Shown: positions 21,957 to 33,425 of the stretch, in pieces
Layout of the letters: every line of letters begins with the position of its first letter
How positions within the stretch are numbered: the stretch's first letter is position 1
Origin: Fidelibacterota bacterium
GTDB lineage: Bacteria > Fidelibacterota > Fidelibacteria > Fidelibacterales > Fidelibacteraceae
DNA: 64,000 nt
Direction of reading: 5' to 3'
Assembly (NCBI GenBank): GCA_034521145.1
Contig: JAXHMX010000002.1
Coordinates: forward strand, 65,670 to 129,669
Position numbers and translations under genes: made by a program
Notes under the pieces: generated by a model
What the model saw: the letters and a program-made list of their open reading frames with translations, nothing else
Databases searched by the model: none
Told to the model about the DNA's origin: nothing

Positions 21957-22706
21957 ATGCTGAGAGAACAACTTCAACAATTTCAATATGAAAAAACCAT
22001 TCCGCTCTTCGGACCGGATCATCTGAGCTATCTGATCATAATACTTGTCGTTTGTACCGCCTTCCTTATATATGCGAAAAGATCCCTGAACACGGAACAG
22101 GCGGAAAAAACCGGAAAGATCCTGGGAGTTATTGCACTGGTGCATTTGTTCCTGGAAATTCCGACACTGCGTCTGCTTCTGGGACTTCCTCTGGCGACCA
22201 GCCTGCCCCTGCATCTGTGTAATTTCGGTATGATCATGGTGGGTATTCTGCTGATCACCCGTAAACAATGGGCGTTTGACCTTGCCTATTTCTGGGCGAT
22301 CTGCGGCGCAACACAGTCCCTGCTTACTCCGGATCTGCGGCATGTTTTTCCGCATCCGCTGGCAATAACTTTTTTTACGGCACATACGATCGAGATCGTT
22401 GGTGTCCTTTATGCAGTGATCATACTTAAAATGCGTCCCTACTGGTCTTCCATCCCGAGAGTGTTTTTCGTTACGTTGGTACTTGCCGCCCTCATTTTTC
22501 CCGTCAACTATATTCATCCGGATGCAAATTATATGTTCCTGAAATTTGCACCGGTCGGCGGGTCACTTATTGATTTTCTGGGTCCGTGGCCCTGGTATAT
22601 ACTTTCTCTCGTCGGTGTTGCCGCGCTGTTTTTTGTAGCTGCCTATCTGCCTTTTGCGATCTCCGATGAACGGAAAAAGAAAAGAAGCGCAGAAAACGCA
22701 CAATAG
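21957..22706 (+). CDS. integral membrane protein (YwaF/TIGR02206-like, tentative)
   Basis: Seven hydrophobic segments. Strong GGAGGG RBS. Confidence 0.4.
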   Translation: MLREQLQQFQYEKTIPLFGPDHLSYLIIILVVCTAFLIYAKRSLNTEQAEKTGKILGVIALVHLFLEIPTLRLLLGLPLATSLPLHLCNFGMIMVGILLITRKQWAFDLAYFWAICGATQSLLTPDLRHVFPHPLAITFFTAHTIEIVGVLYAVIILKMRPYWSSIPRVFFVTLVLAALIFPVNYIHPDANYMFLKFAPVGGSLIDFLGPWPWYILSLVGVAALFFVAAYLPFAISDERKKKRSAENAQ

Positions 22707-22758
22707 TGCCTCCGGCGACATTAACTTTACAAAATGAAAAAAATATGTAACTTGTTGT

Positions 22759-23424
22759 ATGACAGAAAAAACCATCAGTTTGACAGCGACAACACGGGCC
22801 GGGGAATCCGGTCACTATCAGATCATACTTTCCCTCTGTTATGAACGGGCTATCAGCGCGGCATTATTGACATTCATACTGATCTTTACCCTTATCTACG
22901 GTACACTGGAAGATCCGTTTATATATTCTTTCAGCAATATCGGAAATTATTTTCCCTACCGTGAATTATATATCTTCTGGGGCTTCATTACCGGATTTAC
23001 CTTATATTTTTCCGTAATATCCCTTTTTAAACTGGAAAATTATCAGGAAACGTACGCACGACTCAGCATTCTGGGAGTACCGTTCTTTATTACCGTAACC
23101 GCCATGATACCTTCTCTTGGGTCAATGCCTTTCTGGAGAGATGTCCACCGCTGGACTACCTTTTTCTTTGTTATGTGTATGATCTTCAGTATACATCCCT
23201 TTCTTCTTGACCTTGCGGACCGTAAACCCTATTTGAGCCCGCTGCTTATGAAATGGCAGTTCACGATCCTCGCCGGCTGCATGCTTCTGCTTATCCTTCA
23301 GGGACAAACGGGAATGTTTGAACTGTGGTTCTTTGTCATGACCTGTTCACTGCTCATATACCTCGTATGGTTTCTCTTTAGTGAGGCCCTTGAGAAAATC
23401 AATGTCAGTCCCGGTGACGGATAA
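22759..23424 (+). CDS. hypothetical integral membrane protein
   Basis: Polytopic and hydrophobic. No recognisable family motifs. Confidence 0.4.
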   Translation: MTEKTISLTATTRAGESGHYQIILSLCYERAISAALLTFILIFTLIYGTLEDPFIYSFSNIGNYFPYRELYIFWGFITGFTLYFSVISLFKLENYQETYARLSILGVPFFITVTAMIPSLGSMPFWRDVHRWTTFFFVMCMIFSIHPFLLDLADRKPYLSPLLMKWQFTILAGCMLLLILQGQTGMFELWFFVMTCSLLIYLVWFLFSEALEKINVSPGDG

Positions 23425-23477
23425 ACACAATTTATACGTAAAAAGATCCTTACGGTAAATAACGTTTTTAGTCTAAG

Positions 23478-23707
23478 AACTTGAGCCAAGTTTTTGTACA
23501 CGTCATCAACCCATCTGCTCAACTATCAAATAAATATAACCAACAATATCTTGGGTCAAGTTTTCAAACAACCCACACCTCACGATCAAACATAAATCAT
23601 TGTATTAAATAGAGATATACTTACCAAGTGTTCTTGTGAATTGTAACAATAACGTACATTATACCGAATAATTGTCATTTATTGTCCGTAATAACTTGAG
23701 CCAAGTT
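23478..23707. repeat. three copies of a 6-3-6 palindrome: AACTTGAGCCAAGTT (23478-23492 and 23693-23707) and the variant ATCTTGGGTCAAGTT (23548-23562)
   Basis: Exact 15-bp palindromes 215 bp apart. The segment immediately abuts repeat copy B (start 23714) and contains AACGTTTTTAGTCT, which resembles the element's 3' end. Confidence 0.6.
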
Positions 23708-23713
23708 CCTGGT

Positions 23714-24052
23714 ATCTTCCATGCCGCATCGCGACGACGCGTGAAGAAAATCCGATACGTGAGCGTAAAAAAATGCAGCGGTTGAGCGGAGCGAGGCCTT
23801 TCTGCATTTTAGCGAACGCAGAGGATTTTGTAGTCCGCCAGTTGGCGGAAGAGAAGCGGAGGTCTTTCTTTTGCTTATCCCTTGGGGATCCCCTTGGGAT
23901 TTTCTTTGGACAGGCAAAGAAAAGTTAGGGACTTTTCCGTGCGAAAAGAACCATATTTCGGGCGTCTTTTTATTGGAAAAACAAGAAATCGTATTCAGTT
24001 TTATGATATTCAATTAATTATAACGATTTTAGTCTCATTTTCTATCATTAAG
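23714..24052 (+). repeat. interspersed ~340-bp noncoding element, copy B (full length)
   Basis: See copy A. Collinear with 7701-8038. Confidence 0.85.
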
Positions 24053-24156
24053 CCACAATACGGATACATCTCCCGTTTCTGTGCAACGAAAAATATTGCG
24101 CTCCGGAGTCCGGAATGTATTGAGAATGGAAGTTTTTCTTTCCCGCTTATTGCAAT

Positions 24157-24492
24157 TTACCGGGCAAGCATTTCTTTCTTCAGCGCTTTAATGATCTCGT
24201 CCAGATCATCTTCTTCATAGTCGATCTTTTTAAGATAACGGTGGATATTGACAGCAAGAAAAGGCCATACGACAAGGCAGAGGATCCCCAGTGCAAAAGA
24301 GAATGATCTAACGGGATTATTCATAATATTTCCCAGTCCGAAACCCAGCAAAATAACACTTTCAAAAAAGATGAATACGATCTGTTTAAGGCGGGTCTTA
24401 CGCACCCATTTTTTTATATCTTCTTTCGTGATCTGTTCTTGTTCTTTTTCGTTGAATACGCGCTGTACTTCCTTTTTCAAAAACTCATTCAT
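24157..24492 (-). CDS. small membrane protein (2 TM)
   Basis: 111 aa with a central hydrophobic hairpin. No homology recognised. Confidence 0.35.
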   Translation of the reverse strand: MNEFLKKEVQRVFNEKEQEQITKEDIKKWVRKTRLKQIVFIFFESVILLGFGLGNIMNNPVRSFSFALGILCLVVWPFLAVNIHRYLKKIDYEEDDLDEIIKALKKEMLAR

Positions 24493-26482
24493 TAGTCTCT
24501 CCTTGTCCGTAAATCAATCCGGAGGGACCGTTATCGTGCCCGTGGCGCAAACGGCTGTCCTTCCGGCATAGCCCAGCATGCGGACAGTAATTGCAGGCGG
24601 TTTCAAAGGTTCTGTCCGTAATATAATAAGATCCGCCGGAAATAAGAGAAAAAAGTTTTTCAAGCAGCCGGTGGAATGTCAGAACATTAATTGCCGTGGA
24701 CAATTCCTCTCCGTTTTTCTTCATTTTCCCGAACTTTCCATCTATGTGCGTATAAAGGAAAAGTCCCTCTCCGCCACCGTGGATCTTTGGTTTCTTTATT
24801 TGCTCATATGCGGCATCCGCAGTATAGCCGGGATACATTTCCAGCGATTTACGGGTGTACAAATACAGCTGCGCACGCATGTATTCTTTAAAATCCGATT
24901 GTATGTTGCCGGTTTTATAATCGGAAACAATAACGTTCTTCAAGGTTTCGTTGATCATTATCTTATCAATGATCCCGCTGATGCTGACCTCCACATCGGC
25001 GAATTTCAGCTGAAGCGGGCACCGGTCTTCCGGGAAAATCTTTTTCAAATGAAACCGCCCGGTAATTTGACAGTTTTTTCTGTTCCATTCCAACAGTGAT
25101 ACAAGACAATTTTCCTTGCTGTTCTTCTCCAGATTCAGAATATAGTAGCGGAAGCGGTCACGGATCAAAGGATCGTTCCTGTCAATATTCGCCTCAGAGA
25201 ATACCTTTTCAATACTGGTTCTCATAAGTTCGATCGCCTGCTCTTCCGAAAGTGAGAACCCTCCTTCCTTGCCGAAATCTTCGAGAACAGCATGAATGAG
25301 TGTGCCGGCAATTTTCGCGCGGTAAGCCGATTCATCTTCATCACCCGGCTGTACGCGCAGGATCCGGTCGTAATAAAACCGCATCGGACAGGCTAAAAGC
25401 GTATCAACGGCAGATACCGGTATTTGGAAAATATTTCGCCGCTCGCGGACCTGTCCGGAAAAAACATCCATTTTACCGCTAAGGATCTCGTTATGGCGCT
25501 GTGCAAGGAGAAAATTTCCTTCAATAGGCCGGTTTTCATAATATAAAAGTTTATACCGCCGGCTTCCGCTTGTCCCCGCACTGATCATTTTTAAGCGAAG
25601 TTCTTCAAGAAAGGCGGATCTCTGCTGTTCACTGCCGTCTTCGCCGTGGCGCGCATACGAAAATGTCACCTTGTCCCCGAGCTGCAGCCAGTTTTTCATG
25701 AAATGGCGGTTCAATATCAGGGAATAATGCCGGTCGGGAACGAAATACGGGTTACCCGTTTCCCGCCGCGGGATATCTCCTTCCGCCATACCCATAACAA
25801 AAAGCTTTTTTGGGTCAAGTCCCAGACTGTCAAGATAGCCGACGACCGGGATTCCGTTCTCATGCGTTTTGCAGCGGATATTTTTACTTTGCAGCCGCGT
25901 ACACATTTCCCGGTATATAAAACGGATATCGCCCGGGAATCCCAAAAGCTCCATATCCCGGAGAACCTCTTTCAATGTGTTGTAAAAACTTTCCATTGCA
26001 GAAACGGTATTGTCATCATCTTTGAGATCACATTGTACGGTTTCAAGAAACGCGTCCACAAGATCCGGAAGCTCATTGATATCCGGAGCGGTAATTTTTT
26101 TCATTACGGCACGTATACTGTCCGGCGGGGGACAGTCGTTTTCCGGATGACGGCGGCGGAATATATCATATTCCCATAAACGTTCATCCGGACGGCAAAG
26201 CGGATGCAGAAAGAGAGGCGCAATATCATCCCAGTCCGGATCAGTAAGCGAAACGACATGCAAAAGATCGAGTAAAAGTGTAACAACGGGAATCGTGTCT
26301 GCCGTGGGACTGTCAATAAATCGGACAGATAATCCAAATTGCGGAAAAAGACGCTTGATCAGCTCGGCATATTTGTCCATACTGGAAACCGCAATAAGGA
26401 TATCCGCTTTCTCCAGTCCCGAACTTATGATCGCTTTTGCCACGGCAATCACTTCTTCCCGGGTGAAAAAGCTTCGATGCAC
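24485..26482 (-). CDS. addB: AddB/RexB-type nuclease subunit, C-terminal portion
   Basis: PD-(D/E)XK nuclease motifs (GIIDKI...DYKTG, QLYLY) and the AddB Fe-S cysteines (LLACPMRFYY ... CNYCPHAGLC = C-x2-C-x5-C). The expected N-terminal ATPase-like region is not in one frame. Confidence 0.7.
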   Translation of the reverse strand: MHRSFFTREEVIAVAKAIISSGLEKADILIAVSSMDKYAELIKRLFPQFGLSVRFIDSPTADTIPVVTLLLDLLHVVSLTDPDWDDIAPLFLHPLCRPDERLWEYDIFRRRHPENDCPPPDSIRAVMKKITAPDINELPDLVDAFLETVQCDLKDDDNTVSAMESFYNTLKEVLRDMELLGFPGDIRFIYREMCTRLQSKNIRCKTHENGIPVVGYLDSLGLDPKKLFVMGMAEGDIPRRETGNPYFVPDRHYSLILNRHFMKNWLQLGDKVTFSYARHGEDGSEQQRSAFLEELRLKMISAGTSGSRRYKLLYYENRPIEGNFLLAQRHNEILSGKMDVFSGQVRERRNIFQIPVSAVDTLLACPMRFYYDRILRVQPGDEDESAYRAKIAGTLIHAVLEDFGKEGGFSLSEEQAIELMRTSIEKVFSEANIDRNDPLIRDRFRYYILNLEKNSKENCLVSLLEWNRKNCQITGRFHLKKIFPEDRCPLQLKFADVEVSISGIIDKIMINETLKNVIVSDYKTGNIQSDFKEYMRAQLYLYTRKSLEMYPGYTADAAYEQIKKPKIHGGGEGLFLYTHIDGKFGKMKKNGEELSTAINVLTFHRLLEKLFSLISGGSYYITDRTFETACNYCPHAGLCRKDSRLRHGHDNGPSGLIYGQGETNE

Positions 26483-27597
26483 GAATAGCTGTTTGTGCCT
26501 GATGAACGCGGTAGCAGGGATGCGGAAAAATGTTCTGTCTTCTCTTTGATATGTTCTTCCAGTTCAGCTTGCAGAGGCGCCGGCGGCTGCAGATCAATAA
26601 ATCCCACTTTCGTACCTCCGGGCAAATCCCAAAGAGCAGGATCTTTGTAACGTTCCGCTTCGGAGGCAAAACCGGCTGCAGAGCGCAGACCGGAAATACG
26701 CTGATATAAGCCACGGAACTCCGGCTGTAATTTTCCTTTGGATAATTCGGTATTGCTGATCGCTACGGCCATCAGTTCGCTGAAACCGCGGCTTGCGTTA
26801 ATGCTTTCCTTCAGGATCATCATACGCAGATGATCACCGGACAGGCAGCTGATCGTGCTGCGCTGCAGCCATTTACCGGGTGTGGTGATCCGGATCGAAG
26901 GCCGCATCATCCTCTGCCGCGCCAGTGAAAGAAATACCTGCTCGGCATGGTAGGCGCTGGGACAGAAAAGGATCGTCTTTTTCCCGTTAAGCTCCGGTAT
27001 CAGGATTTCCGCTTTTACCCGGGCGCGCGGTAATCGCGGACGGTAGCCGGTTCCCTGCGGAAGATCATCGAAGTAATTGCTGTCCTCTTCCACATCAATA
27101 TGCCTGTCATGACGTACAAAGTATAATTTTCCCGCTGCATCAATGCCGTAGACCTGCTTGATCATCCATTGATAAGTACGTATCTGCCGCTTATAGCTGT
27201 CCAGATTTTCAGTACCGGCATCTGTTTTAAAATCAAGGATGAACCATTTTCCTTCGTGACGGTATAGAAGGTCGATCTTTCCGTTTACACGTAAAAGATC
27301 ATTTCCCTTTCCCAGCCATCCGCTGAGCGAAAGCTCCTGATATTTTTCGATATGCGGGTCGTTCAGTATTTTGTAAAGGGGATTCCGTATCGTTCTGTCC
27401 AGAAGGATACCGCATTCTTCCAGTATCTTTTCTGTTCTTACTTCAGGGAACTCCTCGCGTAAGCGGTTTTCAAGCTCTTCCCGGTGTGCCTTTATATCAA
27501 ACCATCCATATTCCAGACACCAGTGATAGCAGCTTCCCGTCGCCAGGCCGGCTTCTCCCCTTCCGGCAGTGATATTCTCCATGGGTCCGCTGTTCAT
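26449..27597 (-). pseudogene. addA: AddA/RecB-like C-terminal PD-(D/E)XK nuclease domain fused in frame to downstream sequence (fragment)
   Basis: Nuclease motifs GKIDLLYRHEGKWFILDFKTD and YQWMIKQVY lie in the first half. The second half may be the addB N-terminus. Confidence 0.6.
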
Positions 27598-27766
27598 CAG
27601 ATCATGAGGTGTGCAGTACCGGTAGGAGCCGGTCCCGGAAAATGAAGGAGCCTCGATCCATTTACTTTTTTCCGTCCGAACCGCTTTCTCCCCTTCCGTA
27701 ATTACTTCAGAAGCGTTATGAACATGAATGCCTTTTTCTTTCCATTTCTCCGCGTCATCGTTTTCA

Positions 27767-28423
27767 TCAAGCTTGTGGATCTTGTAAATAAATGTATTCC
27801 ACCAAGGTGTTTTTTGAATGGCGTTCCGTTTCCTCCCCTAAAAAACAGACCTTGTGAACGGCCCGGGTGAATGCAACATAAAAGACCCGTTTCTCCTCGG
27901 CTGTTTCCTCATTCTGCGCACTTTTTTTCAAGCCGTATAAAATACCGGATCTTTCCCTTCCGGGAAGCGAGAGTGACATTTCAAAATAACCGTCCTTACG
28001 TCCGAACTGAAAACTTTCGGTACCGGAACCGCCGGAAGCATTCATCTCCGGCATGACCACCACCGGAAATTCCAGTCCCTTTGCCTTATGCACGGTCAGA
28101 ATATGTACTTTCGCCGTCTCGGAGTATAACGCCTGTGCTTCGTTTTTATTATCATTCACGCGGTAATGGAAATGCTCGCGTATCGCACGTAAATTGCTGC
28201 CTTTCCGTACCATTCCGCGAATAATATTGATGGCTTTGTCCATATTCGCCAGACGCTGGCTGGGCATTAGTTCGCTGACATATCCCAGTTCCCGGTCATT
28301 TTCCTCAATGATGTGCGTCAGCAGTATATCCGCGGACAGGTACCGGCTCCTGCCGATCCATGAAAGTATCAGTTCTCTCTGTTTTTTGCAGGAGGGGGTC
28401 CGCTGCCTTCCCCATCGCTTCAA
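27767..28423 (-). pseudogene. addA: UvrD/AddA helicase C-terminal domain fragment
   Basis: Helicase motifs V/VI (VHILTVHKAKGLEFPVVVM, YVAFTRA). Confidence 0.65.
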
Positions 28424-29439
28424 AGAGATAGACCTTTATCGCGGTCCGCCAGCAGATGGATCTTCGGGTCCGGCAGAGCGATCAGGGGACTCCGGAGAAG
28501 TCCGGCCAGCGCATGATCATCAAAAGGATTGTCAAGTACGGACAGAAAATGAAAAACATCTCTGCTGACACCGCTCTGATAAAAACCGCGTCCGCCGATA
28601 ATACTGACCGGAATATCCAGCATACGGAAAGCCTGAAGATAATCTTCAATATGCGTGAATTTTCGCAGCAATACACCGATCAGGGGTTTATCTTCGCTCT
28701 CTTCCATTCCGGCCTGCTGAAGTTCCCGTAGTTTTTCACGCACACAAAAAGCCGCGTGCTGCGCCGGAAGATAAACACCGGATTTCCTCTCTTCCGCACT
28801 GCACCAATGTGTCTCTACGGCGGGAGAAAGTCGGTTTTTTACCTTTCCTTTATAAACCGTGGGGCCAAAAGCTTCATAGGCCTTTTTTTCTTCCCCTTTC
28901 TCCGGCATGATATCCGTTCCGCCGAAAGTTCGCATTAATGCCCTTATCAATAAAATCCGGCGATGAATGGTAATTATCATTGAAATCCAGAATCTCACCG
29001 TTCTGTTGACGGACCAGTTTTCGGCATCGTCCATGACCGTTACATCTGCATTATTGAACCGGTAGATCGATTGCTTGCGGTCCCCTACGATAAACAGCTT
29101 AATGGCATCCGCATCTTTCGCGGATCGAAAGATCGATCTGATGATATCCCAGCGCACCGGATTCGTATCCTGAAATTCATCCACCATAATGATGCCGGCA
29201 CCGTCTCGCAAGGGTTTTTCGAATATCCGGATTATCCTGCAGTAATTGATGCGTAAAAAGAATAATATCGGAAAAATCCAGGACATTTTTCTTTTTACGC
29301 ACATCCAGATAAGAGGCATCAAAATCCCTGTACAGATCGAACAGTTTCCGCAACAGGGGAATAATACGATAATCTTCGGGTCCCGGTGTCGCCATAAGAT
29401 CTTCGATTGTATACTGTTTTTCAGCGTTTCAAACCACAT
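28420..29439 (-). pseudogene. addA: UvrD/AddA helicase fragment (motifs II-III)
   Basis: IIMVDEFQDTNP and VGDRKQSIYRF. The first ~75 aa are out of frame. A separate frame (29177-29395) carries LDFSDIIL...NPDIRK. Confidence 0.65.
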
Positions 29440-29855
29440 AACAGCTTCTTTTTTTCATCGGACCAGTTCTCTTTCACACCGTTGATCTTTTGCCGGTATT
29501 CATCCTTACCGGTTACCAGTGGACTGTTCCGTATGACCCGGGTCAGAAAAGCGGACCTGAATTCCAGGGGGTCCTCATGCTGAATTTGGATATAATTTGC
29601 ATACATCTGCTGCAGCAGCTTATACAGTTTATCGTTTTTATCCGCACATCCGTGTTCCGCATTTTTGCACAAGGATTCAAAACCGCCGATAATAATATCT
29701 TCATCGTAGTCGGGCGTATAGCGCTTCAGCCAGTCCCGCCATATATCCTCATCACGCTGCGAGCTGAACTGGAACAAGTGTCCCTGAAGGATTTCCCGGT
29801 GTTGGTAAATGCCGGTAATATTCTTTCGGATCCGGTAAACGCTCATGTTTTCCAA
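29421..29855 (-). pseudogene. addA: AddA domain 1B fragment
   Basis: Collinear fragment between the Walker-A fragment and motif II. Confidence 0.45.
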
Positions 29856-29967
29856 AAGCGCATTTAATTCATCGGCTGTTCATCTCCGCTTTCTTTTTCA
29901 GCCAGCGTTCAAAATGCAGCTCCAGAAGCTGTTCGCACTGCGCTTCATCCTGACCGGAACCTGTGGG

Positions 29968-30408
29968 TTAAGTCCGGCCCGGTGTGCGAATTCCCGAAGA
30001 TACCGGCGCAAAAGAATCAATGGTAGCGATCGCATGCTGCGAAAAACGTTCTTTCAGGTATTGTGCGTAATTCCTGACCGAAGCATCCGGAACCGTCCGG
30101 AGAACAGGACAAAGATCTATATTTTGAGATTCCATTCCGGGGATCTTCTCGCCGGAAAGCAGTTTGTTAACGTTCTTCGTAGATCCGGGAGGCCATTTCG
30201 CCGGCTGCTTTTTTGTAAAGGTAATGACCAGAGTACGCCGGGGATCAATATTCTCAAAAGGAACGCCGGACTGTGCTTCCTTTGCGAACTGATCAAGTAT
30301 GGCCGCATAGCGTTTTGTCAGGGAAAAGGTCTTTCCCGCACCTGCACAGGCCTGTATAAAGACGGACTGGTGCACATTCAGGGCGCGTTTGAGAGGCGAA
30401 TGATTCAT
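29968..30408 (-). pseudogene. addA: UvrD/AddA N-terminal Walker-A fragment
   Basis: QACAGAGKTFSLTKRYAAIL (motif I) and TLVITFTKK (motif Ia). Confidence 0.65.
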
Positions 30409-30520
30409 AAATTACCTTTTTCGTGATAAATCCTTACGTTTTCAAATAAAATTACAAAATATATATCATATTGATAAATATTTTTTACATTAAAGCGAAA
30501 ACGAAAAACGGAGGAAAATT

Positions 30521-31476
30521 ATGGCAAATGCAGGAGAATTCAAAGGAACCGTCGACCTTAATATGAAAAAAATCATTAAGGGTGCAATCGCACTTATCGT
30601 GATCGTGCTTATTGCAAGTGGGTATATGTTGTTCAGACCGAAAATGTCGGTTTGATCCTGCGCTTCGGTAAATACACAAAAACAACATTGCCGGGACTGC
30701 ATATTAAGATCCCACTTATACGATAAAGTCTATCAGGTACCGGTAGAACGGCAAATGAAGGAAGAATTCGGTTTCCGCACAACCCGTGCAGGTATCAGCA
30801 GTCAGCATACTCGCAATTACGAAAGCGAATCAATGATGCTCACCGGAGATCTGAATGTTATCGTGTTGGAATGGATCATCCAGTACCGGGCTGAAGACCC
30901 TTATAATTTTCTGTTCAAAGTACGGAGTCCGCAGGTCACGCTTCGCGATATGAGTGAAGCCGTTATGCGTGAAGTTGTCGGAGACTCACGCTGGATGAGG
31001 TCCTGACCGTAGGACGTGAAGAAGTTGCTTTGCAAGTTCAGGATAAATTGCAGGTACTCTGTGATGAGTATCAGAACGGAATACGCATTAAACAGGTCAT
31101 TATGCAAAACGTTAATCCGCCTGATGCAGTAAAAGCATCGTTCAATGAGGTCAACCAGGCTCAGCAGGACCGGGAAAAGTTCATCAATCAGGCACGTGCC
31201 GAATACAACCGCGTGATACCGCGCGCAAGAGGACAGGCACTGCAAACCATCCAGGAAGCAGAGGGATACGCTTCCGTGCGTGTGAACGGTGCCATGGGAG
31301 ATGTTGCCCGCTTTAACGCCGTTTTTAAAGAATACCAGAATGCGCCCGAAATAACCAGTAAGCGTATTTATCTTGAAACAATGAACCGGGTATTGCCCCG
31401 GGTGGAAAAGAAATTCATTGTCGATGAAGAAAGCGGTGGTGTTTTACCTCTCTTAAACCTGAACAATGATCAATAA
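30521..31476 (+). CDS. hflK: HflK (SPFH/band-7) with at least three frameshifts
   Basis: The N-terminal TM (MANAGEF...IALIVIVLIASGYML) and then VGLILRFGKYTKTTLPGLHIKIPLI, DKVYQVPVERQMKEEFGFRT..., ...VVGDS, and LDEVLTVGREEVALQVQDKLQ... all lie in different frames. Shifts occur at ~30628, ~30712 and ~30985. Confidence 0.7.
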
Positions 31477-31486
31477 GGAGGATATC

Positions 31487-32432
31487 ATGAAAAATAAAAA
31501 TCTGTTAATTGTCACATTAGTTGTTGTTGCTATCCTTATTGTCGCCAGTATGGGTCTTTTTGTACTTGATGAGACCAAACAATCGGCTGACCACCCGTTT
31601 TGGGAAACCCATTCGTACCATTACCGACCCGGGATTGCATTTTAAGATCCCTTTTGTTGAAACCGCTCATATTTTCGACAAACGTTTTCTGGAATGGCGC
31701 GGAGACCCCAGCCAGGTAACAACGGAGGATAAACGGTATATATGGGTTGATACCTACGCTCGCTGGCATATTACCGATCCGCTTCTTCTTTATAAACGCC
31801 TTCGTGATGAGACCGGAGCAATGTCCCGGCTTGATGATATCATTGACGGTGAAACTCGTACAACGATCGCCAGTCATCTGCTGATCGAACTGGTGCGGAC
31901 AACAAACCGTGATGCTACTGTTGATCCAATTCTTGATCTCGACTCCAATCAGCTGGAAAGTATTGAATACGGCCGACGGGGAATAAGTAAAAAGATCCTG
32001 AGCTCTTCCGCTGAACGTGTTAAAGATCTGGGTGTTGAAATACTTGATTTCCGCATCAAACGCCTCAATTATGTCGATGAAGTACAGGCCACGGTATTTG
32101 AGCGTATGATCACGGAACGAAAACGTATCGCGGACCAGTACCGTTCCGAGGGCCAGGGAGAAGCATCCCGCATCAGCGGTGAAAGACAGCGTGAACTCAA
32201 CCGTATCCAGTCGGAAGCAAAACGCACCGCCCAGGAGATCAAGGGCCGTGCAGATGCTAAAGCCGCCGCGATCTACAGCGAAGCCTATAACCGTAATTCC
32301 GCTTCGCGTGAATTCTATGCTTTTACAAAGACCATGGAAACGTATGAGGAAACGCTTGACAGTACCACCAGTCTGATCCTGTCAACGGAAAGTGATTTCT
32401 ATAAATATCTGAAACGGCTGCAGCCCGAATAA
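31487..32432 (+). CDS. hflC: HflC (SPFH/band-7), frameshift near the N-terminus
   Basis: ATG 31487 after a GGAGG RBS gives the TM helix. The conserved TTRFGKPIRTITDPGLHFKIPF continues in another frame from ~31590. Confidence 0.7.
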
Positions 32433-32473
32433 ATACTGTTATTAAAGCAGGTACTCAGACAGATCCCTTTCCC

Positions 32474-32509
32474 GTTGCATAACGGGAAAGGGATTTTTAC
32501 AAATGTGAG
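32474..32509 (+). terminator. intrinsic terminator after hflC
   Basis: TCCCTTTCCCGTT-GCAT-AACGGGAAAGGGA hairpin followed by TTTTTA. Confidence 0.8.
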
Positions 32510-32713
32510 ATTGTATGTTCGGATAATATAAACAGACGATTGTTGATCCGTTTTTTACACATGGAAAAATGCCATTACCGCTTAACTGTATTTCATTTCC
32601 TGCACACCTTCGAACTTCCGTTCCCGGGTTTTTCACGCTCTCTTCCGGATCTTTTCTTCTCGCAGTCCCGTGTGCCGGTAAATAAAGACGGTCGCCCGCA
32701 GCAGTCAGCAGTA

Positions 32714-33346
32714 TTACTCTCCTCCGATCCTTCCGATATACACCAGCCTGTCTTTACCGGAAAGGAGAAGTTCAAAATTACTGACCGCTATACCATCCGT
32801 TGATCTATGCGAACCGAAGATCCTGGCTTTGTATATATTACCCGTGTTGTCGGAATGCAGCGATTCGATCAGTGAAGCATGCCCAAACCACGTACCGTCG
32901 CTCCGCTGTTTCCAATATTGAATAAAGTCACCGGGCCTCACTTGCGACATATCCGTGATACGCGTTCCCAGATCATATTTTTCAATGGCGTATACCACCC
33001 CTGCAAAACGCGGGTCAGCGGGATCGGGGCCCTCCTGAATAATATCACGGTCATGGAAGGAATGAATGATCATTACATCCCTGCGTATTTCCGGCGTATA
33101 GGTGATATTCAGGCGGGCAAGTATTGTATCCATGACCGCCGATATAAATGACGTACAATCCAAATGTTTCTCCGCACTGCTGTACGCTCCGTAGCTCCAG
33201 CCGTGAAAAACGCCGTTATCCAGCTCATGCGCCACACTCAGGGCATCAACAGATGTTCTTGTCGCTTCCCTTATCGTTGCGGAACCGCCAAATGCCACAG
33301 CGAATATACCGCAGACCGTCAGTATCCTGCGTAAAAATAATCTCAT
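32714..33346 (-). CDS. secreted hypothetical protein, possibly NlpC/P60- or CHAP-like cysteine hydrolase fold
   Basis: Signal peptide (MRLFLRRILTVCGIFAVAFGG). Conserved Cys (HLDCTSF) and downstream His (GHASLIES). Assignment is weak. Confidence 0.3.
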   Translation of the reverse strand: MRLFLRRILTVCGIFAVAFGGSATIREATRTSVDALSVAHELDNGVFHGWSYGAYSSAEKHLDCTSFISAVMDTILARLNITYTPEIRRDVMIIHSFHDRDIIQEGPDPADPRFAGVVYAIEKYDLGTRITDMSQVRPGDFIQYWKQRSDGTWFGHASLIESLHSDNTGNIYKARIFGSHRSTDGIAVSNFELLLSGKDRLVYIGRIGGE

Positions 33347-33425
33347 TTTCTTCCTTTCGTTAAAACCGTATTTTCTGGAGGTGATCATATCTTCCCGTTT
33401 CTTTCTTTCTTTTTATTTCCCAACT

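Noticed and set aside
24485-30408. UvrD-like helicase plus nuclease ORFs considered as a Gabija/Hachiman-type defence locus
   Set aside because: The C-terminal nuclease carries the AddB-specific C-x2-C-x5-C Fe-S motif and AddA-type motifs in canonical order. This is the housekeeping addAB recombination-repair system, not a defence island.
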